Source of the DNA: Roseobacter sp.
GTDB lineage: Bacteria; Pseudomonadota; Alphaproteobacteria; Rhodobacterales; Rhodobacteraceae
Assembly: GCA_041557855.1 (NCBI GenBank)
Contig: JBFFFS010000001.1
Location: 1 to 48,462, forward strand
Length of the DNA: 48,462 bases
Reading direction: 5' to 3'
Within the stretch, counting starts at the first letter, position 1. Each line of letters starts with the position of its first letter. The notes below the pieces were generated by a model that saw only the letters and a program-made list of their open reading frames with translations, was not told the origin of the DNA and did no database searches. The position numbers and the translations under genes were made by a program. Below, piece by piece: positions 1-7,852 of this stretch.

Positions 1-188
1 CCATTTGCGCATTTGTCTTTTGAGCCGTTCCTCGTCTGACCGTCTCAGTATCAAACCTTGAAGCTTCGATACCATGGCTGCCTCGAAAATGTCTTCGCGG
101 ATGCTGGTGGTCGGGCAATCGCCAGTGTGACACCGATAATATGCCCGCCCAGTTCTGCTTGGTTTGAAGCGTAAATATTTAGAAGGAA

Positions 189-237
189 GGGCGGAAAGCG
201 GACCTTCGCTGCAGCGTGTACCAATTTCAGCTGTGCG
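189..237 (+). repeat. Imperfect palindromic repeat, copy 1 (upstream of decarboxylase)
   Basis: GGGCGGAAAGCGGACCTTCGCTGCA...CCAATTTCAGCTGTGCG; 31/49 ungapped identity to 2832-2880 by manual alignment. Confidence 0.55.
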
Positions 238-452
238 GACAATGCTTCCTTACATGTCACTCGGTTCCGAGTCCTTATTGCAGATCGATCAGGTACGTTT
301 CTGAAAATGCAAATGCTGCGCGCTGGGTATCTGGTGTCCGCCCGCTTGGGAAGAAGAGACGCGCGCCGCCATTCCCTGGTTCTTGACCTTGACGTTATCG
401 CCCGGGGCTTCGAGAAAGGTCTAACCTCGAGCACTGAACAAAGGAGAGGCAA

Positions 453-2738
453 ATGAAGTTTCGCTTTCCCATCGTCATCATCGACGAGGATTTCCGGTCA
501 GAAAACACATCGGGGTTTGGAATCCGCGCGCTTGCACAGGCCTTCGAAAATGAGGGATTCGAGATACTGGGCGCGACAAGCTACGGCGATCTGTCTCAAT
601 TTGCGCAACAGCAGAGCCGCGCGTCTGCTTTCATTCTGTCGATCGACGACGAAGAGTTCAGCCCCAGCCCCGATCTCGACCCGGCGGTTCTGAACTTGCG
701 CAGCTTCATAGAGGAGGTGCGGTGGAAAAACGCCGACGTGCCGATATACGTCTATGGCGAGACCAAGACCTCGCGGCACTTGCCCAACGACATCCTGCGC
801 GAATTGCACGGCTTCATCCACATGTTCGAGGATACGCCGGAGTTCGTCGCGCGGCACATCATCCGCGAAGCCAAAAGTTACCTCGAATACATCCAGCCAC
901 CTTTTTTCAAGGCACTTCTGGACTATGCAGAGGACGGTTCATACTCATGGCATTGTCCGGGACATTCAGGCGGTGTCGCCTTCCTGAAATCCCCCATCGG
1001 GCAGATGTATCATCAGTTCTACGGCGAGAACATGCTCAGGGCGGACGTCTGCAACTCCGTCGAGGAATTGGGCCAGCTGCTGGACCACAACGGCGCCATC
1101 GGCGAGTCGGAAAAGAATGCGGCGCGGATATTCAACGCGGATCACTGTTTTTTCGTGACGAACGGCACCTCGACCTCGAACAAGATGGTCTGGCATCATA
1201 ATGTGAGCGCCGGCGACGTCGTTGTCGTGGACCGCAACTGCCACAAGTCGGTCCTGCACTCGATCATCATGACAGGTGCGATCCCGATCTTTCTCAAGCC
1301 GACCCGCAACGCATGGGGGATCATCGGCCCGATCCAGAAATCCGAGTTCGAGCCCGAGGCGATCCGCTCCAAGATACGGGAAAACCCGCTTCTGGAGGGG
1401 ATCGACGCCGAAAACGAAAAGCCCCGCATTCTGTCGCTCACGCAATCGACCTACGACGGGGTCCTCTACAACACGGAAGTCGTGAAGGAAATGCTCGACG
1501 GCTACGTCGAGACGCTGCATTTCGATGAAGCCTGGCTGCCCCATGCGGCTTTCCACCCTTTCTATGGGACCTACCATGCCATGGGGCGCAAGCGGCGGCG
1601 CACGAAACACTCGGTGATCTATGCCACACAGTCGGTCCACAAGCTTCTGGCAGGCATCAGCCAGGCCAGCCACGTCCTCGTGCAGGACGCGGAGGAGGTT
1701 AAGCTCGACCGCCACCTTTTCAACGAGTCCTACCTCATGCACACGTCGACGAGCCCGCAATATTCCATCATTGCGAGCTGTGACGTGGCCGCAGCCATGA
1801 TGGAGCCGCCGGGCGGGACGGCGCTTGTCGAGGAAAGCCTGACGGAAGCGCTCGATTTCCGCCGCGCGATGCGCAAGGTTGACGAGGAATACGGCAATGA
1901 CTGGTGGTTCCAGGTCTGGGGCCCTGACAGCCTTGCCGAAGAGGGTATCGGCCGAGCCAAGGACTGGGAGCTCAAGAAGACCGACAGCGACGCTGTGGAA
2001 AGCTCCGGCGAGGATGCTTGGCACGGTTTCGGCGAAATGGCCCGCAGCTTCAACATGCTGGACCCGATCAAGGTGACGATCATCACACCAGGGCTGAACA
2101 TCGACGGCCGGTTCGATGAAACGGGCATCCCCGCCTCCATCATCTCGAAATACCTGACCGAACATGGCGTCGTGATCGAGAAGACCGGGCTTTACAGCTT
2201 TTTCATCATGTTCACGATCGGGATTACGAAGGGCAGATGGAATACGCTTCTCGCGTCACTCCAGCAGTGCAAGGATGAATACGACCGGAACCAGCCGCTT
2301 TGGCGCGTGATGCCCGAGTTTTGCGCCAAACAGCCCCGGTATGAAAACATGGGCCTCAAGGATCTCTCCCAGCACGTCCATGAACTCTATTCCAAATACG
2401 ACGTAGCGCGCATGTCAACCGAGATCTATCTGGGCGACCACCGCCCGGCAATGTCGCCCTCCGAGGCGTTTTCTCATATCGCTCGGCGCAAGACAGAAAG
2501 GGTTGCGATCGACGATCTCGAGGGCCGCGTGACCACGAGTCTCGTGACACCTTACCCGCCAGGAATCCCGCTACTTGTGCCGGGCGAGATCTTCAGCGCG
2601 GAGATCGTGGATTATCTTCGGTTCAACCGCGATTTTTCGCGCGAATGCCCCGGGTTCGAGACCGACATCCACGGCCTACTCCAAGAGGTCGGGGAAAATG
2701 GGGAGGTGCGGTACTTCGCCGACTGTGTTGCAGTCTGA
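453..2738 (+). CDS. Lysine/arginine/ornithine decarboxylase with N-terminal receiver-like wing domain (AdiA/LdcC class)
   Basis: 761 aa; wing start MKFRFPIVIIDED; WHCPGHSGG, VTNGTSTSN, DRNCHKS, HFDEAW, PLP-lysine motif TQSVHK, C-terminal PYPPGIP; AAGGAG RBS. Substrate cannot be fixed from sequence. Confidence 0.93.
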   Translation: MKFRFPIVIIDEDFRSENTSGFGIRALAQAFENEGFEILGATSYGDLSQFAQQQSRASAFILSIDDEEFSPSPDLDPAVLNLRSFIEEVRWKNADVPIYVYGETKTSRHLPNDILRELHGFIHMFEDTPEFVARHIIREAKSYLEYIQPPFFKALLDYAEDGSYSWHCPGHSGGVAFLKSPIGQMYHQFYGENMLRADVCNSVEELGQLLDHNGAIGESEKNAARIFNADHCFFVTNGTSTSNKMVWHHNVSAGDVVVVDRNCHKSVLHSIIMTGAIPIFLKPTRNAWGIIGPIQKSEFEPEAIRSKIRENPLLEGIDAENEKPRILSLTQSTYDGVLYNTEVVKEMLDGYVETLHFDEAWLPHAAFHPFYGTYHAMGRKRRRTKHSVIYATQSVHKLLAGISQASHVLVQDAEEVKLDRHLFNESYLMHTSTSPQYSIIASCDVAAAMMEPPGGTALVEESLTEALDFRRAMRKVDEEYGNDWWFQVWGPDSLAEEGIGRAKDWELKKTDSDAVESSGEDAWHGFGEMARSFNMLDPIKVTIITPGLNIDGRFDETGIPASIISKYLTEHGVVIEKTGLYSFFIMFTIGITKGRWNTLLASLQQCKDEYDRNQPLWRVMPEFCAKQPRYENMGLKDLSQHVHELYSKYDVARMSTEIYLGDHRPAMSPSEAFSHIARRKTERVAIDDLEGRVTTSLVTPYPPGIPLLVPGEIFSAEIVDYLRFNRDFSRECPGFETDIHGLLQEVGENGEVRYFADCVAV

Positions 2739-2831
2739 AAATGGTAAAATCTTGGGGCAGTCTGACCGCAGGTGCAATCATGGCAATCGCCTTGCAATAC
2801 TGTTTTTGGTTTTTCGGGTTAGAGATGCTCC

Positions 2832-2880
2832 GGGCTCGAAGTGGACGCTCGTTGCAAAACTCACGAAGGTCAGCTCTGGG
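2832..2880 (+). repeat. Imperfect palindromic repeat, copy 2 (downstream of decarboxylase)
   Basis: GGGCTCGAAGTGGACGCTCGTTGCA...CGAAGGTCAGCTCTGGG; same orientation as copy 1. Confidence 0.55.
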
Positions 2881-3170
2881 CCGGTTAAGTTTAAAAAGGC
2901 TGTAAATGAAAAATGTGTTTTCTAGCAAAACCGCTTGGACCCTGTGAAACGGATGGGATCGTTCGTGACACGATAAAAGCTTGCGAATGAGCGACAGTGA
3001 GAAATTTCTGCCGAACCCTTGCCACAACTAGCGGTTCGGCCTGTATGATGCGAAATCTAGTCGATCCCGCCCGAAAATTAAGTTTTTCAACAAAATCGGC
3101 GAAGTGTCGTCGGGTGGCCAGATAGTGCACATATGGCCACCCTACACTCCCAAAAAGGAGCGTCGCTGGG

Positions 3171-3347
3171 TTATCGGTCATCCAACCGAGTTTGAAGCCA
3201 TTCCATCACTTCCGCTTCCACCCATCCCACTCTGTTAGGACCGAGTTGTATCCGCTTAGGGAACTCTCCAGCCTTTTCCAAACGTGCAACATGCTGAGGG
3301 GAATAGAGGACTAGCTCCTTCAGTTGGTGCTTCGATAGTATCCGCAT
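3171..3347 (-). CDS. alpA: AlpA-family phage regulator / recombination directionality factor
   Basis: 58 aa MRILSKHQLKELVLYSPQHVARLEKAGEFPKRIQLGPNRVGWVEAEVMEWL; FP..I.LG...VGW...EV..W pattern; GGAG RBS before ATG at 3347. Confidence 0.88.
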   Translation of the reverse strand: MRILSKHQLKELVLYSPQHVARLEKAGEFPKRIQLGPNRVGWVEAEVMEWLQTRLDDR

Positions 3348-3499
3348 CACGATATCTCCATAAATGAAGAGCATCGCGATGCCCTGAGGTTGACGAAACC
3401 TAGGCATTCTTAGGTTAGCAGGTCTGCAGACATGTGACGAGTCGGCCTATTGCAGGAGACATAGTTGAACACCCAGAACCACTGCAAAAAAGAGCATTT

Positions 3500-3521
3500 A
3501 AAGAGACTGAAAAGAGACTGA
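3500..3521. repeat. Tandem 11-bp direct repeat AAAGAGACTGA x2, possible integrase arm-type site
   Basis: Exact tandem copies at 3500-3510 and 3511-3521, about 50 bp from the tRNA fragment; function inferred. Confidence 0.5.
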
Positions 3522-3526
3522 AAATT

Positions 3527-3559
3527 AAAAAAGGCTTAGCAATTTACCGCTAAGCCTTT
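3527..3559 (-). terminator. Rho-independent terminator downstream of the tRNA-like fragment
   Basis: 11-bp stem AAAGGCTTAGC/GCTAAGCCTTT, 8-nt loop, followed by T-run on minus strand. Confidence 0.75.
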
Positions 3560-3567
3560 GAAAATAT

Positions 3568-3620
3568 TGGCGGGCCGAGGAGGCTTCGAGCCCCTGACCC
3601 CTTGATTCGCAGGCAGGCAC
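3568..3620 (-). mobile_element. Degenerate 3' half of a tRNA (most like tRNA-Arg ACG); att-site remnant
   Basis: Minus strand ...CTGCGAATCAAGGGGTCAGGGGCTCGAAGCCTCCTCGGCCCGCCA: CCA end, mutated T-loop (GCTCGAAG), 3' anticodon arm; no D-arm or 5' acceptor strand recognisable. Confidence 0.62.
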
Positions 3621-3870
3621 CCCCGAACTAGTATGAGCAGCTAATACTCTGCAAAATCAGAAAGCTTTCTCCAAGGGTTTCAAGCAAATAGACAAAACAA
3701 GACATGTCACTTCAGAGCCCTGCAAATCCTTGCCATGCAACCCATCATGCCACACGATAGTCTTAAGTTTAATATTTCGATCAGGCCGGTATGATGTTGC
3801 CTATTTGTTGGCTGTAACGTCTCCGGTCACATTGGCCATTGGCACGAAACGATGAGGAGGACGCCCTTTC

Positions 3871-5499
3871 ATGCAGCTTTTTGAGACCATGACGCGTTTT
3901 ACCACCATGGTTGTAGTAACCGGCCTGACGGCAGTTTGCGCGATTGCGACGGTCTTCTGGACAACCTGGATGCTGATCCCGCTGGTCATTCTTGCCAGCC
4001 TCTTTTGGCTGGGTGTTCATGACCTGCACCAGCCACACCACTCGATCCTGCGAAACTACCCGATCCTTGGACACATGCGCTTTCTCTTCGAAGGGATCAG
4101 GCCGGAGATCCGCCAATACCTGATCGAATCCGACCAAGACGAGGAGCCGTTTTCACGCGACGCGCGGTCCCTGGTCTATCAGCGCGCCAAGGGCCAGGAA
4201 GACAAGCGCCCCTTTGGCACACGGATGAGGGTCTATGACGCCGGCTATGCCTGGATCACCCATTCGGTCAATCCGATCCATATCGAGGATACCGACTTCC
4301 GCGTGACTGTCGGGGGGCCCGACTGCACAAAGCCCTACAGCGCGTCCATCTACAATATCTCGGCGATGAGCTTCGGGTCCTTGTCCGGAAATGCCATTCA
4401 GGCCTTGAACACCGGCGCAAAGGCAGGCGGGTTTGCCCATGATACCGGCGAAGGCTCAGTCAGCACATACCACAAGGCGGGAGGTGGCGACCTGATCTTT
4501 CAGGTGGCTTCAGGCTATTTCGGCTGCCGCGCTGCGGATGGTACCTTCGATCCGGAAAAATTCCGCGAAACCGCCGGTCTCGATCAGATCAAGATGATTG
4601 AGATCAAGCTGAGCCAGGGGGCCAAGCCTGGACACGGTGGCATGCTGCCAGCCTCCAAGATCACGCCTGAAATTGCCGAAGCGCGCGGTATTCCGATGGG
4701 CCAGGATTGTGTATCACCTCCCGCCCACTCCGCGTTTTCCACGCCGCTTGAGATGATGGCTTTCATCGGACAGTTGCGCGAGTTATCGGGCGGCAAACCC
4801 GTCGGGTTCAAGCTTTGTATCGGGCATCGCCGCGAATTCATGTGCATGGTCAAGGCAATGCTCGAAACAGGAATCAAACCCGACTTCATCGTCGTGGATG
4901 GCACCGAGGGCGGTACCGGTGCAGCGCCGGTCGAATTCTCCAACCATGTAGGCATGCCGCTCGTCGAGGGGCTGACCTTCGTGCATAACACGTTGCGAGG
5001 GGCCGGTCTTCGCGAAGACATCAAGATTGGGGCGGCCGGCAAAATTGTCTCCGCCTTCGATATTGCCCGCGCTCTTGCGCTCGGTGCGGATTGGTGCAAC
5101 GCCGCGCGGGGTTTCATGTTCGCCATTGGCTGCATTCAGGCGCAAGCCTGCCACACCAATCACTGTCCCGTGGGCGTCGCTACTCAGGACGCCCTGCGGT
5201 CAAGGGCGCTTGACGTGAATTCCAAATCCAAAAGGGTAGCGCGGTTCCACAGGAACACTTTGAAAGCGCTTGGGGAAATGACCGGTGCGGCTGGCCTTTC
5301 GCATCCGGGCAGCTTCATGCCACAGCACATGATGGTGCGGCTTGGAGACAAGGAGATGGAAGAAGGCTCCGCCGCTTACCCTTACCTGCCCGAAGGCTTC
5401 CTCTTTTCCAATGACACGAATGTCGGTGCCGATTACCAAAAACGCTGGGCGCGGGCGGATGCGCGCAGTTTCGCGCCTCCCGAAGGATCACTGGGATGA
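3871..5499 (+). CDS. FMN-binding glutamate synthase family protein (GltB2/YerD-like) with N-terminal membrane anchor
   Basis: AMSFGSLS, DTGEG, EIKLSQGAKPGHGG, CIQAQACHTNHCPVGVATQD Fe-S motif; GAGGAGG RBS. Confidence 0.9.
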   Translation: MQLFETMTRFTTMVVVTGLTAVCAIATVFWTTWMLIPLVILASLFWLGVHDLHQPHHSILRNYPILGHMRFLFEGIRPEIRQYLIESDQDEEPFSRDARSLVYQRAKGQEDKRPFGTRMRVYDAGYAWITHSVNPIHIEDTDFRVTVGGPDCTKPYSASIYNISAMSFGSLSGNAIQALNTGAKAGGFAHDTGEGSVSTYHKAGGGDLIFQVASGYFGCRAADGTFDPEKFRETAGLDQIKMIEIKLSQGAKPGHGGMLPASKITPEIAEARGIPMGQDCVSPPAHSAFSTPLEMMAFIGQLRELSGGKPVGFKLCIGHRREFMCMVKAMLETGIKPDFIVVDGTEGGTGAAPVEFSNHVGMPLVEGLTFVHNTLRGAGLREDIKIGAAGKIVSAFDIARALALGADWCNAARGFMFAIGCIQAQACHTNHCPVGVATQDALRSRALDVNSKSKRVARFHRNTLKALGEMTGAAGLSHPGSFMPQHMMVRLGDKEMEEGSAAYPYLPEGFLFSNDTNVGADYQKRWARADARSFAPPEGSLG

Positions 5500-5502
5500 A
5501 AG

Positions 5503-5534
5503 AAGCCGCCCGTGGTGTCCCGCGGGCGGCTTTT
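5503..5534. terminator. Probable bidirectional terminator between convergent genes
   Basis: AAGCCGCCCGTGG-TGTC-CCGCGGGCGGCTTTT stem-loop. Confidence 0.75.
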
Positions 5535-5554
5535 CAGACTTGTATATCGGCTGT

Positions 5555-6958
5555 TCAGGCGGCTTGCTCAGCCACGGCCTCCGAAAGCGCTGCCTCGAAG
5601 ATCGAGAGACCTTCTTCGATGATGTCGTCCGATGCCGTCAGTGGCACCATGATGCGCAGCGCGTTGCCATGCATGCCGCAGGCCAGCAAGATCAAGCCGC
5701 GTTTAAGTGCATGCGCACAAAGCGATTTGACCAGTGCGGCATCGGGCGTTGCGGTGTCGAAGTCGCTCACGAATTCAACGGCGATCATCGCGCCCAGACC
5801 GCGAATATCCCACATGCGGAAGGGTGCGGTGCGCGCGCCGATCTCGGCAAAGCGGGTACGGAAATGCGCACCGAGTTCAAGCGAGCGGGCCAGCAGCCCT
5901 TCGCCCTCGAGCGCTTCGATCGCGGCCAAAGCGGCGGCACAAGCCACCGGGTTGCCGCCGTAGGTGCCGCCAAGACCGCCGGGGGCCATTGCGTCCATGA
6001 CGTCGGCGCGACCGATCACGCCGGCGATCGGATACCCACCTGCCATGGATTTGGCGACAGTGATGAGATCGGGCACGACACCTGAGTGCTCGATGGCAAA
6101 CATCGTGCCGGTGCGGCCAAAGCCTGCCTGGATTTCGTCAGCTATCAGTAGGATGCCATGAGTGTCGCAAATCTCGCGCAGTGCGCGCAGCATCTCGAAG
6201 GGAACGGGCGTGTAGCCCCCCTCGCCCAATACAGGTTCAATTATGATTGCGGCGACCCGATCAGGCTGTGCATCCGTCAGGAACAGGTTTTGCAGACCGG
6301 TCAGCGCGTCCTCGACCGTGATGCCGTCCCGCACAGAGGGGAAAGGCGCGCGGAAAATATCGGACGGGAAAGGACCAACGTCTTTCTTGTAAGGGCTGAT
6401 CTTGCCGGTCATGCCAAGGGTCAGCAGCGTGCGACCGTGGTATCCGCCGGTAAAGGCGATGACACCGGGCCTGCCGGTCGCGGCGCGGGCGATCTTGACG
6501 GCGTTCTCGACAGCTTCGGCACCCGTGGTCACCAGCAGTGACTTCTTGGCGAAATCGCCCGGAGCCAGCGCATTCAGCTTTTCCGCCAGCGCGACATAGG
6601 GCTCGTAGGGTACGACCTGGAAAGAGGTGTGCGTATATTTGTCTTCCTGCGCTTTTGCGGCCGCGATCACCTCTGGGTGACGGTGACCGGTGTTCAGAAC
6701 GGCAATACCGCCTGCGAAATCAATGTAGCGCTTGCCTTCCACGTCCCAAAGTTCGGCGTTTTCCGCGCGGTCCGCAAAAATGGGTGCGGCGGACGCGACA
6801 CCGCGCGGCACCGCCGCTTCGCGGCGCGCAAGAAGGGCGGCATTGGTTGGCGCATCGGGTCTTGTTGACACGACGCTGATCTTGGGTTGCTTTGTCGCGC
6901 GCGGCTTGCGAGCCTTCTTGGCGGCGGGTGATTTTGCGGTGCTGGCCATCAGAGACAT
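5555..6958 (-). CDS. gabT: 4-aminobutyrate--2-oxoglutarate aminotransferase (GabT/PuuE class)
   Basis: RREAAVPRGV, YIDFAGGIAVLNTGHRHP, TTGAEAVENAVKIAR, IADEIQAGFGRTG, AKS PLP lysine, GGTYGGNP; start could be 6958 or 6949. Confidence 0.92.
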   Translation of the reverse strand: MSLMASTAKSPAAKKARKPRATKQPKISVVSTRPDAPTNAALLARREAAVPRGVASAAPIFADRAENAELWDVEGKRYIDFAGGIAVLNTGHRHPEVIAAAKAQEDKYTHTSFQVVPYEPYVALAEKLNALAPGDFAKKSLLVTTGAEAVENAVKIARAATGRPGVIAFTGGYHGRTLLTLGMTGKISPYKKDVGPFPSDIFRAPFPSVRDGITVEDALTGLQNLFLTDAQPDRVAAIIIEPVLGEGGYTPVPFEMLRALREICDTHGILLIADEIQAGFGRTGTMFAIEHSGVVPDLITVAKSMAGGYPIAGVIGRADVMDAMAPGGLGGTYGGNPVACAAALAAIEALEGEGLLARSLELGAHFRTRFAEIGARTAPFRMWDIRGLGAMIAVEFVSDFDTATPDAALVKSLCAHALKRGLILLACGMHGNALRIMVPLTASDDIIEEGLSIFEAALSEAVAEQAA

Positions 6959-7160
6959 CCTGTATTGAGGGCGAGAAAATTTGTTTAAAAATTCGATACG
7001 CTGTTTAATTTAATTGTCAAGCGAGAGATACTGCGGGTTCTCAACCTTCGCCATGGTGTGTGACTGCATCCGCTCAAGAAAAGATGTGACACCGGCGTTT
7101 GGTCCGTCTAGATAATGCAACAAAACCAAGACCTCACGTGGCAGCAAAGGAATTCGCCCC

Positions 7161-7727
7161 TTGGATATTGGCCATCGTCTCCGCGCCATTCGAAAACAGC
7201 GCGGCTTGTCGCAAAGAGAACTTGCAACCCGTGCAGGGCTGACGAACGGCACTATTTCGCTGATTGAGCAGAACAAGACGAGCCCTTCAGTGGCCTCACT
7301 GAAGAGTTTGCTGGATGCGATTCCCATCTCTCTGGCCGATTTTTTTGCCACACTAGAGGATCAGAATACCTCCAAATACTTCTTTACCGCTGATGAATTC
7401 ACAGAGATCGCGCCCTCAGAGATTACCGAGGCGGGCAGCCCGGTGCTGTCTTTGCGGCAACTGGGCAACGCTCGGTCCTCCTCCCTGCAGGTGCTGCACG
7501 AGAAATACGCACCCGGCGCGGACACAGGACCGGAGTTGCTGAGCCACGAGGCAGAGGAAGCGGGTATCGTGATTCGCGGAGAGATCGAGATCACGGTGGA
7601 AGATGAGGTCTGCGTTCTCGGTCCCGGAGCAGGCTATTTGTTCAACAGCCGCCTGCCGCACCGGTTCCGCAATATCGGCACCGAGGAATGCGAGATCATC
7701 AGCGCCTGTACGCCGCCCAGTTTCTAA
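7161..7727 (+). CDS. puuR: XRE-HTH + cupin transcriptional regulator (PuuR-like)
   Basis: GLSQRELATRAGLTNGTISLIEQNKTSPSVASL; cupin HEAEEAG...PHRFRN; divergent from gabT; TTG start with AAGGA. Confidence 0.8.
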   Translation: MDIGHRLRAIRKQRGLSQRELATRAGLTNGTISLIEQNKTSPSVASLKSLLDAIPISLADFFATLEDQNTSKYFFTADEFTEIAPSEITEAGSPVLSLRQLGNARSSSLQVLHEKYAPGADTGPELLSHEAEEAGIVIRGEIEITVEDEVCVLGPGAGYLFNSRLPHRFRNIGTEECEIISACTPPSF

Positions 7728-7852
7728 AGTGGCGGGCACTTTCGCTGTTTCAGCGTCGCTGCCTCCGACATGATCGTCAGAATAGTATGACCGACGCCGC
7801 GACAGCGGACCCGCACGCAAGCTTTCCAATGTAATGCCGAGCCGACAGCCGG

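Noticed and set aside
51-452. 133-aa minus-strand ORF
   Set aside because: No recognisable motif; it reads through the palindromic repeat and the decarboxylase RBS region, so likely spurious
2891-3181. 96-aa ORF downstream of alpA
   Set aside because: No motif or clear RBS in AT-rich island DNA; cannot be supported
3568-3645. Intact tRNA gene
   Set aside because: No D-arm or 5' acceptor strand, and the T-loop is mutated; kept only as an att remnant
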